Below, one piece after another: positions 1-12,900 of a DNA stretch of 64,000 nt. The notes under the pieces are model-generated. The model was not told where the DNA came from. It did no database searches and saw nothing but the letters and a program-made list of their open reading frames with translations. Location: the NCBI GenBank assembly GCA_965637545.1, contig OZ281498.1:16988001-17052000 (forward strand). Reading direction: 5' to 3'. The DNA is from Phallusia mammillata (Eukaryota). Position 1 is the first letter of the stretch; each line of letters begins with the position of its first letter. The translations under genes and the position numbers were made by a program.

Positions 1-2575
1 TTTCTGGTCTCAAACAGTATTTGCCAACGAAATGACTTTAACCCATACTTGTTTACGTAGGTCGCCCATATACAAATGCGTACATCGCTAAGCCAATGTT
101 ACGGTCAAATAAAAAGACATTCCGAGCCTAATATTTTTCTATAAATTGGCACAGATGTACGTTAGAGCAAGAAGTTTCACCTCGTAGAGTCACATTTCTG
201 GTCTCAAACAGTATTTGCCAACGAAATGACTTTAACCGATACTTGTTTACGTAGGTCGCCCATATACAAATGCATACATCGCTAAGCCAATGTTACGATC
301 AAATAAAAAGACATTCCGAGCCTAATATTTTTCTATAAATTGGTACAGATGTACCTTAGAGCAAGAAGTTTCAGCTCGTAGAGTCACATTTCTGGTCTCA
401 AACAGTATTTGCCAACGAAATGACTTTAACCGATACTTGTTTACGTAGGTCGCCCATATACAAATGCATACATCGCTAAGCCAATGTTACGATCAAATAA
501 AAAGACTATCCGAGCCTAATATTTTTCTATAAATCAGCACAGATGTACGTTGGAGCAAGAAGTTTCAACTCGTAGAGTCACACTTCTGGTCTCAAACAGT
601 ATTTGCCAACGAAATGACTTTAACCGGTACTTGTTTACGTAGGTTGCCCATATACAAATGCATACATCGCTAAGCCAATGTTACGAAACAAATAAAAAGA
701 CTATCCGAGCCTAATATTTTTCTATAAATTGGTACAGATGTACTCTAGAGCAAGAAGTTTCACCTCGTAGAGTCACATTTCTGGTCTCAAACAGTATTTG
801 CCAACGAAATGACTTTAACCGATACTTGTTTACGTGTCGCCCATATACAAATGCATACATCGCTAAGCCAATGTTACGAAACAAATAAAAAGACATTCCG
901 AGCCTAATATTTTTCTATAAATTGGTACAGATGTACGTTAGAGAAAGAAGTTTCAGCTCGTAGAGTCACATTTCTGGTCTCAAACAGTATTTGCCAACGA
1001 AATGACTTTAACCGATACTTGTTTACGTAGGTCGCCCATATACAAATGCATACATCGCTAAGCCAATGTTACGAAACAAATAAAAAGACTATCCGAGCCT
1101 AATATTTTTCTATAAATTGGCACAGATGTACGTTAGAGCAAGAAGTTTCAGTTTGTAGAGTCACATTTCTGGTCTCAAACAGTATTTGCCAACGAAATGA
1201 CTTTAACCGATACTTGTTTACGTAGGTCGCTCATATACAAATGCATACATCGGTAAGCCATTGTTACGATCAAATAAAAAGACATTCCGAGCCTAATATT
1301 TTTCTATAAATTGGTACAGATGTACCTTAGAGCAAGAAGTTTCAGTTTGTGGAGTCACATTTCTGGTCTCAAACAGTATTTGCCAACGAAATGACTTTAA
1401 CCCATACTTGTTTACGTAGGTCGCCCATATACAAATGCGTACATCGGTAAGCCAATGTTACGATCAAATAAAAAGACATTCCGAGCCTAATATTTTTCTA
1501 TAAATTGGCACAGATGTACGTTAGAGAAAGAAGTTTCACCTCGTAGAATCACATTTCTGGTCTCGAACAGTATTTGCCAACGAAATGACTTTAACCGATA
1601 CTTGTTTACGTAGGTCGCCCATATACAAATGCATACATCGCTAAGCCAATGTTACGATCAAATAAAAAGACATTCCGAGCCTAATATTTTTCTATAAATC
1701 AGCACATTTGTACGTTGGAGCAAGAAGTTTCACCTCGTAGAGTCACATTTCTGGTCTCAAACACTATTTGCCAACGAAATGACTTTAACCCATACTCGTT
1801 TACGTAGGTCGCCCATATACAAATGCGTACATCGCTAAGCCAATGTTACGATCAAATAAAAAGACATTCCGAGCCTAATATTTTTCTATAAATTGGCACA
1901 GATGTACGTTAGAGAAAGAAGTTTCACCTCGTAGAGTCACATTTCTGGTCTCAAACAGTATTTGCCAACGAAATGACTTTAACCGATACTTGTTTACGTA
2001 GGTCTCCCATATACAAATGCATACATCGGTAAGCCAATGTTACGATCAAATAAAAAGACATTCCGAGCCTAATATTTTTCTATAAATTGGTACAGATGTA
2101 CGTTAGAGCAAGAAGTTTCACCTCGTAGAGTCACATTTCTGGTCTCAAACAGTATTTGCCAACAAAATGACTTTAACCGATACTTGTTTACGTAGGTCGC
2201 CCATATACAAATGCATACATCGCTAAGCCAATGTTACGATCAAATAAAAAGACATTCCGAGCCTAATATTTTTCTATAAATCAGCACAGATGTACGTTGG
2301 AGCAAGAAGTTTCAACTCGTAGAGTCACATTTCTGGTCTCAAACACTGTTTGCCAACGAAATGACTTTAACCGGTACTTGTTTACGTAGGTCGCCCATAT
2401 ACAAATGCATACATCGCTAAGCCAATGTTACGAAACAAATAAAAAGACTATCCGAGCCTAATATTTTTCTATAAATTGGTACAGATGTACGTTAGAGCAA
2501 GAAGTTTCAGTTTGTAGAGTCACATTTCTGGTCTCAAACAGTATTTGCCAACGAAATGACTTTAACCGACACTTG
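1..2575. repeat. Tandem satellite array, ~194-bp unit, ~13 copies, truncated by the window start
   Basis: Unit starts TTTCTGGTCTCAAACAGTATTTGCC at 1, 195, 389 and so on. Units differ only by scattered substitutions, and the array ends abruptly near 2575. Confidence 0.97.
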
Positions 2576-4547
2576 GTACCCGGTATGGTGGGACTCTTTG
2601 CGTAATTAACTACAACTTAAATGAATTTGTCTCAACCCCACTAAAAACAAATGATTTTTTTCCAAATAAACATTTTGAAACATGTGTATGGTAAACGGGT
2701 AAACTACATAAATTTCAACAAAAAAACTTTAATTCTCATTTCGGCGAAATGACAGTGGTTCAGCTGGTTTGACTTGTGAACAAAGAGCGACAACCGACGA
2801 AAACAACATCTAGGGTAACCCCCCAAGCTGTTCGTAATATCCATAGCATACCACATGGAATATAATACGACAGCATAAAGGCCCGGGATTATCCAGAATC
2901 CTACAGTAGACGGATCGGGTGGCCATATATAATATGATTATTGTTTTAAAACTGTAGTTAAGCAACCAGATATTGCGCAACTTAATTGAGAACATGCCGT
3001 CAAATCACAGACAAACAAACAGTGATAACTAACAGTACATAGTAGTTCGATCATTTCTTGACCTATTAAAAACAAGAAACATTCCAACAACATGACATTT
3101 GTTAGTGGTTGCACTGAAGTGAACGTAAGAGCCACTAAATAACTCAAACTTTTCTTCCATACTGAAGACAAACTTACTAATGCGTTGAAAAGCAATTCAA
3201 CAACAGCAGCAAATATAAACGAAATAAAATCTTTAAAAAAGACAGAGACTTACATTCACGGTTGGCGCCAAATACGACTGTTGCCTTGAAGGGCTTGAAA
3301 AACTTGTGACTGCTCGTACGGCGATCAACCGTTCAGGCAACGCCCTGCGTCACGGGGCACATCCGGGTTACAGGTAGTAGACAAACCAAAAAATATATAA
3401 ATCAGTAGGTTTTGTGGATAAACAGTTACTGTGTAAAAGATCATGAATCTTCAACTTAATTTACACAAGCAATTGTGTCGATTCCCTAGAATTATCTTAA
3501 TTTTGATCTAAGCCTAATTTTGTTGCTGTTTTTGTTTTAGCTGTTTTTGCTTTAGTTACTTTAACTATTTGTGATGCTCAGCAACTAGCATTTAAATTAA
3601 TTTAAAACTGCTTTTAACAGTATCGCCCTGTAAAGCTTTTTTTCCTCAACAAAAATAACCGTTACCTAGGAGTTTTTAAGAGTTTTTTGAAAAGTGTGTC
3701 AACGTTATACTTGAAATTTTTTCATTATTTACTGTCAATTCTTTATAGTTATTACGTTTTGGTCAAAGTGATGTTGGTATGACAGCAAATATGAAGTCCA
3801 TGCAACATGGAAATTACCGAACTCGTCAACTGCCAGTTGTATAACGATGTCACTTTTCGCCAAACTGATAGGCTGATAAAAAATATATAAATACAGAAAT
3901 CGTCCTAACCCACAGATGCCCAACAGACGATACCAGTCTATTTGAATAAGAACTGATTAAGCAATATTTGCTGCGAAAACGATATCCACAATGGTTTGCA
4001 ATAAGAAAAACACAGACTGATTTAAGTGTGCTGAAATTGTCAGCTAAGTAATGGTAGGCTAATTATGGTTACGTTTTGAAAGCATGTGACCTAAGCGCTA
4101 AACGGTATCAAATTTCCATGGCTCATAATCAGTAATGTTTATCACGTTTGCAATGTCTGCGAAGCTTAAAACTACTTATTGCGCTAATAAAAGAACAAAC
4201 CTGCGTTACACAGCATAAAGAAGAAAACAAGAACGGAAAAATAGTAAGGGCAAAGTTGGGTATTTTGACTGTATTTGTGCACACTACTCCTTTGCATGAT
4301 GTATACACAAGAATAAAATTATAGCAATAGTAAAGCAAAAACAACAAGCAATATTTGAAGATTTGTAATTAGATTTATTTCCAAACTTTGTTCACGAACT
4401 AACCTAACGTTAATTTCCTCGTGTAATCTTAACTAAAGATAAACTGATACACGACACATTCCGTGTGGTATGGAGTAGCATTTGCGCTCTTATTGTTCTA
4501 ACGGTATGAGAAAACTAACTTACTACATTTTTGTAGGAAAACATTTA

Positions 4548-7500
4548 CTATAAGTTTCTAAAAAACAATCGTACATCCCTCAAGACCATGCCATCAAGAT
4601 CTTCAATTAATTGAGCTGTTTCGTCATCCACATCACTTGAACTACTCGATTGATCATCACTTTCCTCCATACCTGGTGGCGTGTCATCTTGTATTGACTG
4701 ACTGTATTTAGTCACTCCACCAGCAAACAAGCCACCAAATAAGGCACCACCTGCTCCAAACCCGCCAGCTCCCGCAGCAATAACACCCGCTGTGGACATT
4801 TCAGCAGCAACAGCAAAGGCAACAAAAGCGGGAAGGGCTGCAAAAGCAGCGCCACCAGCCGCACCAATGGCTGTAGCACCAACACATGCAGCTATAAATT
4901 TGTTCCTTTTGCGCATTTTTCTTTCAGTAATATAGCTAACAGCAAGAAGCTGTTGTAGTTCGTTATAAACCACTTTGCGCGAATTTTCATTCTGTATGCC
5001 TTGATTGAGTTTCTCTCTGTAAGCTCTTCCTTCGTTGATAAAAAACTCCTTAACCTCGGAGTTTAAAAAATGCCCTTTCTGTAATAAATATACGGAAATG
5101 TCAGAATGTGTTGTATACGTTTAAGTACAACATAGCTCCATGTATTGGTCGCTCATATAGAGTTAATAAATCATAACACCAGATTCAGAAAAAAATAAAC
5201 GTTATGCAACAATGTTATGCAAGTCGCATGCTGAGCGTTTGGGCGGCCCCATCTAAAACAGTTGTGTACAAAAGCCCTATATTTGCAAGTCAGTTATTCC
5301 CAATTTGTAGCATTTTAGTTAGAGCTATTTAAACTAAGAAAGCATTTTAGCATATTGGCGTAAATTCTTGGCAAATGTGATGAGGCACAAACGATTTTGA
5401 CCAAATGTTTGGGCCACGGAACAAAACAGTTAAATATGTTTTTTATAAAGTTAATTTAACTTTTGAAACCAAAGCCACATCAAAAGCAGCAAGGAAAAAG
5501 TTCCGAATATATGGGGATGTTTTGTTCGAAATTCTGTTCAACTTACTTTTTTTATTTCGACGTTCCATCTGTCAACAAATTCCGCTGTCATATGACGACC
5601 AATAATTATCTGAATGAAATTGTCATGGTGTTATATAATTCTTAGTATAATTCTATATAATTCTTTATATAATTCCTTGACTTTCTATATGTAGATTTGA
5701 AAATATAGCAAAATTACTTTTTTAACATTTTCGAATTACATTGTGTAAAACAGAGCATTAACTAGAAAAATATTCAGGTTTGCTGTAATTCATGTTTTTC
5801 TTAACTTAGCTTAAAATATAATGCCACTGACAACAAGCCATACAGCCATACTGATTATTTTCGTACAGTTGCCTAAAAAACGCTTTACCGTCAGTCCGGT
5901 GATTAGCACGTTCCATTACAAAACAAATAAATGTTAAATATAGCAAAATGGTGTATGTTGTTTTAGCAGATTTTACTAAACTAAGTATTGCACAGTTAGG
6001 GTGTCATAGTCTACAAACCTCATACTCCGCTGTTATTTTCTCATCCAAAAGATTTAAATATTTGTTGATGTTTCCGATCACACGATTTGACATCCTGGCT
6101 TTGGCATCTGCTTCCGCAACTTCGTGCCTCAATTGAAAAGCTTTTCCACTTCTTTCTCGGAACTAAAACAAACGAAAATGTCAGATTTGTAGTGAAAAGG
6201 ATTTTGTGTGAAATTATACGTACTGGCTCGATGTCTGATTTGTACTGTTCAAAGCAGACTTCCGATTTTTTATCATTTCAATATCAAAGAAAACCTAAAA
6301 AAATTGTAATTGCATTACACCAGTGGTTCTCAAACTTTTTAATGCGGCGCATTAAGTACTTAAATTTTCTTCCCGGGCTCACTTCGAGGGTAAATATAAC
6401 AAGAAGTGTTCAAAAATGTTATTTTTTTAAAAAAAGGAGTGTTTGTACTTTAAAAAAATAATATTTCGCGGCACACAGTTTGAGAACCACCGCACTACAC
6501 ACTTATTTAGTTGTAAACACCAGCCAAGACATAATTGACAAATCATTATGCATGGAATGGAAACACCGTGCAACCTAAACAGACTTTTTCTTTCTTTATT
6601 ATTTTCATTTTCAAACATGAGAATACATTATACCCTACTAATGGCACATAAACTTGACCTCAAACGAAGCTTCAGGTGGATGAAGTTGAGCAGCACTTAT
6701 TGTAGTTTGCAAATCTCTAGCTATTTGAATGAAGTCACTTCCTTTGGGTGATTCTTCGATTGCTCGATCAACATTTTCCTCTGAAAACAGCAATTGATGC
6801 AGAACTCTCATTTGTTGCCAAGTATCCACGTCCATGTCTGCAATTAAATTATAAAACGAGCTGTCGTATGAAAGTTTTTTGAGACTTTGGGGGATAGCTA
6901 GGTATACACTGCTGGGATTATCGAGTCAAACGACACAAATGGTATATCTACATGACTATATCTACCATCTGTTATAAGGTTATTCGAATCCATCAAACAT
7001 CTCATGGCAATTAAAAGAGTATATAAAACTGCAGGGAAGGAAGAAGAATCGAGTAAAATCAATATATCCATAACAAGTGGTTAGAAAGTTTACAGCAACT
7101 AATACAGCCATTTCACAGCGATTTCCTCCTACATATCCATATGGATATTGCCAAGGATTTTCCCAGTCTCTCACCACAATCATTAAACGTTTTGTCTAAT
7201 GAGTTTAAATAAAATAATCAGATAATCTGTAAGTCGCTTGTTTTTAAAGCATTTTCAAATTGAGAAACTACTGATAAAAGCACTGCAAATGAACCAAACC
7301 CTTCAATCGTGTCAACAAACACATTTCAAATCAGTGCATTTGACCTATATTCGTCACAAAATAAATCATTTTTTGCTTTTAGAGAAATACGAACCTTGTC
7401 GCTTCCGATTTCCAAATGTTTTGTTTTACTTACAGCGTACGTGTCAAAATAGGTCCACCTAAAATCATGCTTCACATTGATCACTTGCATAAAACTAAGT

Positions 7501-8170
7501 GTTGAGCTGATCGCAAAGAGGTAGGCTTCTTTGCATTGTATCCTGTCTCCTGCTTCAATGCCTTGTGTGTCCATGAGAAATATTGCAACCTTTAATAGAA
7601 TCTTAATTGATTTTGATTAACAAGTGCAATCTTAGCTTAAATTTAGAAAAGATTATTCAGTTTGCATAGACATTTTTTGTCAATAAAAATTGAACCACAA
7701 AATCACGTGACAAAAAACTTATTTTTATTTTCCGTCATAAACCTGTTGGCCACAAGAACTTTTGTAGAATGGTTTGGTAGTCATATATATTCCGTCAGTT
7801 TCTGACTCAACTTGTCTAGAAGACCTATATACCTGCAGCAACTCTTGTGGGCTGTTTTCATCCTGCAAAGGGAAAGCTTTATGATAGTTCGTTTTCAATT
7901 TTTAAGCGTTAGTGACAATAATTTAGCACCTAAATGTTCATGATTTATGTTACCCGTTACTTAGCCTACATTACTTACATAAACAGGTTGGTCGCGCATC
8001 AAATGATGAAACACGTTCAACAAATATGATTTTCCTGACTTTGTTGGTCCAGACACGGAATAAATGACAATCGGAACATTCTGTAATTCTGGTTTATCGA
8101 TTATATGCACAAAAACTTCGCACAGAAAATTATGATGGACGTCAGTTATCCTTCGCACTAAATCTGCCAT
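4548..8170 (-). CDS. Atlastin/RNF112/GBP-family large GTPase, paralog 1 (lesioned, possibly a pseudogene). Exons: 8170-7979, 7862-7743, 7589-7395, 7195-~7117, 6837-6659, 6294-6224, 6162-6019, 5609-5547, 5078-4548
   Basis: G1 SGPTKSGKS, G2 SETDGIYM, G3 LMDTQG, G4 IVVRDW. Helical stalk exons, an Ala/Gly-rich hydrophobic tail and an acidic C-terminus follow. Exon sizes match paralog 2 (192, 120, 179, 144, 63). One exon is missing and the 6294-6224 exon is 71 nt instead of 72. Confidence 0.85.
6321..6492. mobile_element. hAT-type MITE in an intron of GTPase paralog 1
   Basis: TIRs CAGTGGTTCTCAAAC / GTTTGAGAACCACCG; 8-bp TSD CATTACAC / CACTACAC (7/8). Confidence 0.88.
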
Positions 8171-8713
8171 TCTTGACTCTGCAAAAAATTGAAATAATAG
8201 GCAACACACTGACTGCGGTGTGCTTTTCATCACCACCCAACCAAACAAATGTTTTACACACAATATGCAAGAAATCGTTGCAAGCTTCTATGTTTTGCTA
8301 TAGTGAGTGCCAAGCAGTTAAATGCAGTTTGGCACAACAAAGCTTCACACAAAACAAATGATCAAAAACTTGCAAAACACATGTCACTTTGGTACAAATT
8401 TAAGGTTTTTGCTAAAATATGACGGCCATGTTTCGCCCTAGGCTTATATTAACTCAAAACCATTGTCCGCGACCCTATTTACGTCACAGTGCGCAGCAAT
8501 TCAAATAAGGAAACCTTTTGTTTGTTCGCTACAGCTAAAATTCAATAATGTAGTTGTTGTTTAAACATGTGAACAAGCATTTTAATCGATGTTCAATTTC
8601 AACAAAGTGATTTAGGGATTTCCTTATTTTCTCAAATTTCAGTTAAATTTTCGCAAAGTTGCTTGAAATTTTTTTTCAGCTTTTGCTCATTAATAATAAT
8701 CGAATGAACACAC

Positions 8714-8981
8714 TGTTAAGGATTTCTATTGTTGCAATATAATTTCCAACGTTGTGTTTAATTACCAGCTCATTTCGAGCCTTGTGTGCCTAATAGCGCA
8801 GTAACTTTCCTAACATTGTAATTAAACTCCAAGCATAATTAACCCTAAATCTGGCGTAGTTTTCGTGGAATGTTAATGGTTTCCTGTTGACTATATAACA
8901 CTGCGCATGTTAAGTTGAATCATTCTATTTTCCTTCCGTTTTACTTGGTGTCGTGAATACAACAACTTGAAGAATACAACA
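8714..8981 (+). repeat. 5' LTR (268 bp)
   Basis: Direct repeat of 13211-13476, with about 6 substitutions and 2 single-base indels by eye. Confidence 0.95.
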
Positions 8982-8983
8982 AT

Positions 8984-9001
8984 TGGCGACGAGGATGGGA
9001 T
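8984..9001 (+). promoter_or_regulatory. Primer-binding site complementary to the tRNA-Ser(GCU) 3' end
   Basis: TGGCGACGAGGATGGGAT lies 2 nt after the LTR. It is the reverse complement of ATCCCATCCTCGTCGCCA, the metazoan tRNA-Ser(GCU) 3' end as I recall it. Confidence 0.8.
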
Positions 9002-9048
9002 CCAGCTGAACGAGGTAAACGCAGCCTGGTCCTATAAAATCTCTAATA

Positions 9049-9993
9049 ATGGAGAAATTTTTAGAAGCCATGCAAAAACAGATGGAACTGCAAGAACGCC
9101 GACACCAAGAGCAAGAACGCCGACATCAAGACCAAATGGAAACTTTGATGAACTTCTTGAAGCAGTCGTCGACATCTGAAAGTTCCGCCACGCCCAATTC
9201 CAGCACAGCCACGCCCAATTTTCCAGCGTTTGATCAAACCATGGAATTGTGGGAAGATTATTGGTCGAGATTTCGCACGTTTTTCAAGGCACATGCTGTG
9301 TCCGATGACCGCAAAGCACAAGTGTTTTTGACCAACCAGACTAGTACGGTTTATAAGTTGTTAGCCAATGTAGCAGGTCAAAGTTCGCCGCCGACGCAAG
9401 TCAACGATTTGACGATGGAGTAAATTGTAGGTTTCATGAAAGACCAGTTTGATCCCAAACTTTTTGTTGTGCGGGAACGATTTCTCTACTGGAGTGAAAT
9501 GAAGCGCAAACCAGGAGAAGCAATCCAGGAACTGGCAGTACGAATCCGTCAAGACGTCAGCACCGGTGATTTTCCATCCATCAAGGATCCGTTAGTTGAG
9601 GCACTTCGTATACGCTTTATTTGTTCCGTAAAAAATAAAGCAGTTTTAAAGGCCGTATTTAAAATTAAAGCAACGAGTTGACTTTCGCACGAGCTGTTCA
9701 AGTCGCCATGGAGACCGAGGACGCCGCTAGAGTCGCTAAGGAAACCGTTTACGGGACGCAACAAAGTGAGGTCAACAAGGTGCGCAAGTTTCGTCCAAGG
9801 AATCAGCGACACCGGGAGGTTCCTTCTGCATAGCTGCAGAACGAGAATTCAAGCTCATATAATTGTTATCGTTGTGGCAAGAAGGGCCATTTTGCAAGTA
9901 AATATCGTTTTAAGGCTTCAGTTTGCAGTTTTTGCAAACGACGTGGGCATTTACAGTGGGTCTGCAGGAAAAAAGCGTATCACGAATCGATAA
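9049..9993 (+). pseudogene. gag: Gypsy gag (interrupted) with two CCHC zinc knuckles
   Basis: MEKFLEAMQKQ... and WEDYWSRF. Knuckles CYRCGKKGH and CSFCKRRGHLQWVC lie near 9860-9965. In-frame stop at 9421-9423 and frameshifts. Confidence 0.85.
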
Positions 9994-9995
9994 AA

Positions 9996-12900
9996 GTGAA
10001 ATGTGTCGACAAGTTCACTGTGAAGAATATTTCAAACCAAGTAGCTAAAGTTCCAAAATTAGAGGTTCCAATTTCTTTCAACAAGAAAACTTGCATCATG
10101 GAACTCGACACCGCTGCAGGTGGAAATTTTCTGTCCATTGCGGCCTGGAAAAGTCTTGGAAAGCCGAAGCTTCGGGACCCAGATACGCGATATCAATCTG
10201 CTACAGATCATCCCATGCCAAACCTAGGTTCTTTTACAGCTATGGCGAGACATGCCCAGTCAAACAAGGATTGTAACATTACGTTACTTGTTTTAAGCAT
10301 CCCTAAGCTGAATCTATTAGGCCGTGACGCCATAAAGAAGATGCGCATTTCTTTGGACGACATTCTTCACGAAGAAAATCCGGTTAACATTATCGACAAA
10401 GTTGTGGAAACCAATCTTGCACAAGAGTGCCGAAAACTTTGCGAAAGTTTTCCAAACTTATTTACATCTGAACTCGGTTGTTTGAAAGGCTACGAGCTTG
10501 AAATAAATTTTCAACCCGAGACAAAGGCCATATTCTGCAAGCCAAGAGCGGTCCCAATAGCTTTACAAGAGGATCTCAACCAGGCCTACGACGCTGGCAT
10601 ATCGAGGGGGATCTGGACGCCAGTTCAATTTAACTCTTGGGGAACTCCAGTTGTACCAGTTCAAAAAGCAGTTCTACCTGGAACATGGAAAGCTAATTTA
10701 AGAGTTTGTGGAGATTATTCCGTTACCGTTAATCCCCGACTGAAAACGCATCGTCATCCATTACCTCTACCAGACGAATTAATACGAAGACTTGGGGGTG
10801 GACATGGCTTTACAAAGATAGATCTCGCGGATGCGTATAATCAAATCATGCTAGGCTAGGCTGGCACTTAGCACGCACCGTGGTGTGTTGTTGCAAAACG
10901 TGTTGCCGTTTGGTATATCTTCTGCTCCAAGTTATTTTCAGAAAATCATGGATGACCTTACCTGTGATTTACCAGAAGTTGCTGTATATTTAGATGATAT
11001 CCTGAGTGGTTCTTCAGCCGATGATCATCTCAAAAATCTGCGACGCCTTTTTGAAAGATTAGACAATAAGGGTCTTCGTTGTCGCATGGAAAAATGAAAA
11101 TTTGCCCAAAACAAGGTGGAGTATTTAGGCAACATATTATCAAAGGACGGAGTAGAAAAAGGTGCAAAAGTCAATGACGTCATTAAAATGCCTCCACTGC
11201 ACAACGTCTTAACACTTCGTTCGTTTCTTGGTTCTGTGCAGTTTTACGGCAAGTTCATGCCACCGAAGTTTTCAACAGTGTCAGAGGCGTTACACCGACT
11301 TACGAGAAAAGGTGTCGAGTGGAAGTGGCAAGAAACAGAAGAAGACGCATTTGAGCAACTGAAACGTATGTTGTCATCCAACAACGTGCTCACGCATTTT
11401 GACCAGACGTTGCCTGTTGGAATTGCTTGTGACGCCTCTAACGTTGGTATCGGAGCTGTATTGTTTCACCGTTATCCAGATGGTAGCGAGCGGCCGATAG
11501 CCAATGCATCGAAGACATTGACCGACAGTCAACAAAATTACAGTTAAATACAAAAAGAAGCTCTAGCAATAGTTTACGCTCTAAAGAAGTTCTATCAATA
11601 CTTGTTTAGAAGGAAATTTATCCTTGTGACCGATCACAAGCCTCTGCTGTCGCTGTTTGGGCCAAACAAGGCTACTCCAGCCCTTGCAGCCAATCGTTTA
11701 GCTCGATGGGCATTATTTTTTAATCAGTTTTCATACGACATAGTTTACCGCAAAACGTCAGAGCATCAAAATGCCGATGTCCTAAGCCGCTTACCTGTGG
11801 GTCAAGATCCAGTTTTTGACGGAAAAGAAAGTGCTGACGACGTAGATACCGTTTGCATTATTCGGACTTTGAGTTTACAAGTTCAACCGTCAGATTCGTA
11901 TTCTTTGCAGAAAGAGACTGCCAAAGATCCTACACTGACCAAGGTGATGCGTTATACTCGAGAAAGTTGGCCGGCGAAATTTCGCGTAGAGGATATAAAT
12001 GATCCAGCAGAGAGTTTTCGAAAAATTGAAGAATCACTGAGCACATGCTACGGATGTCTATTTTATCGCTCACGAGCGGTGATTCCTGAAAGTATTCGAC
12101 CGAAAGTTCTCAAACTACTACACGAAGGACACTTCGGTATGCAGCGTATGAAGCAGTTGGCTCGTACAGCAGTCTACTGGCCAAACATCGACAGGGACAT
12201 CGTTGATCTCTGCCGAAAGTGTAGTACACCAGAATGCAAAAGTTGCCCTGCATCCATGGATGAGTCCAGAAAAGCCGTGAAGTCGGTTACATGTTACCAT
12301 GCAATTAACTTCATGGGTTACAACTGGTTGCTCCTAGTAATTGACGCATATTCAAAATACCCATGTATTCATCCGACGCAGTCGATATCAGCAAAAACTA
12401 CAATTGATCTCTTGGAGAACGACTTTTCTCATTTCGGTTATCCTCACACGCTTGTGACAGATAATGCTCCCAAGTTCATGTCCGAACAATTCCAGAACTA
12501 TTGCAAAGAGCGAGGAATAGTTCACGTGACTGGACCTTACCATCCAGCCACTAACGGCGCTGCTTGGCGCTTGGTACAAACTTTTAAGCAGGCCCTTCGG
12601 AAGTCGTCAAGTCCGCCTAAAGAAGCGCTGCTCGAGTTGTTAATGCAGTATACCGCCGAACACCGGCCGAAAGTGGTTATTTACGAAGCGAACTTTTAAA
12701 CCACCGACAGATGCGTACAAAGAGTGATACATTGTTTCCATCTCCAGCCCACACAACACAAGACAAGCAATCGAAAATAGCCACCACATCTCAATCTCCG
12801 GTGCGAAGAGGAGACGTTTCCTATAAAGTTGGGGATCCTTGCTATGCCCTTTACTTTGGATCGAGACACAATCAACAACCACGCTGGGTCGCAGCAATAG

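Noticed and set aside
1-2575. CRISPR array
   Set aside because: Whole 194-bp units repeat with no unique spacers, and the context is eukaryotic.
7090-7112. Inverted copy of the missing exon in paralog 1 (GCAACTAATACAGC resembles paralog 2 GCAACTACTAATACAGC)
   Set aside because: Similarity does not extend beyond ~14 nt, so it is compatible with chance.
7395-7433. 39-nt GT...AG mini-intron in paralog 1
   Set aside because: The sequence aligns to coding exon HLEIQNEK of paralog 2, and its AG is the exon-terminal AAG codon.
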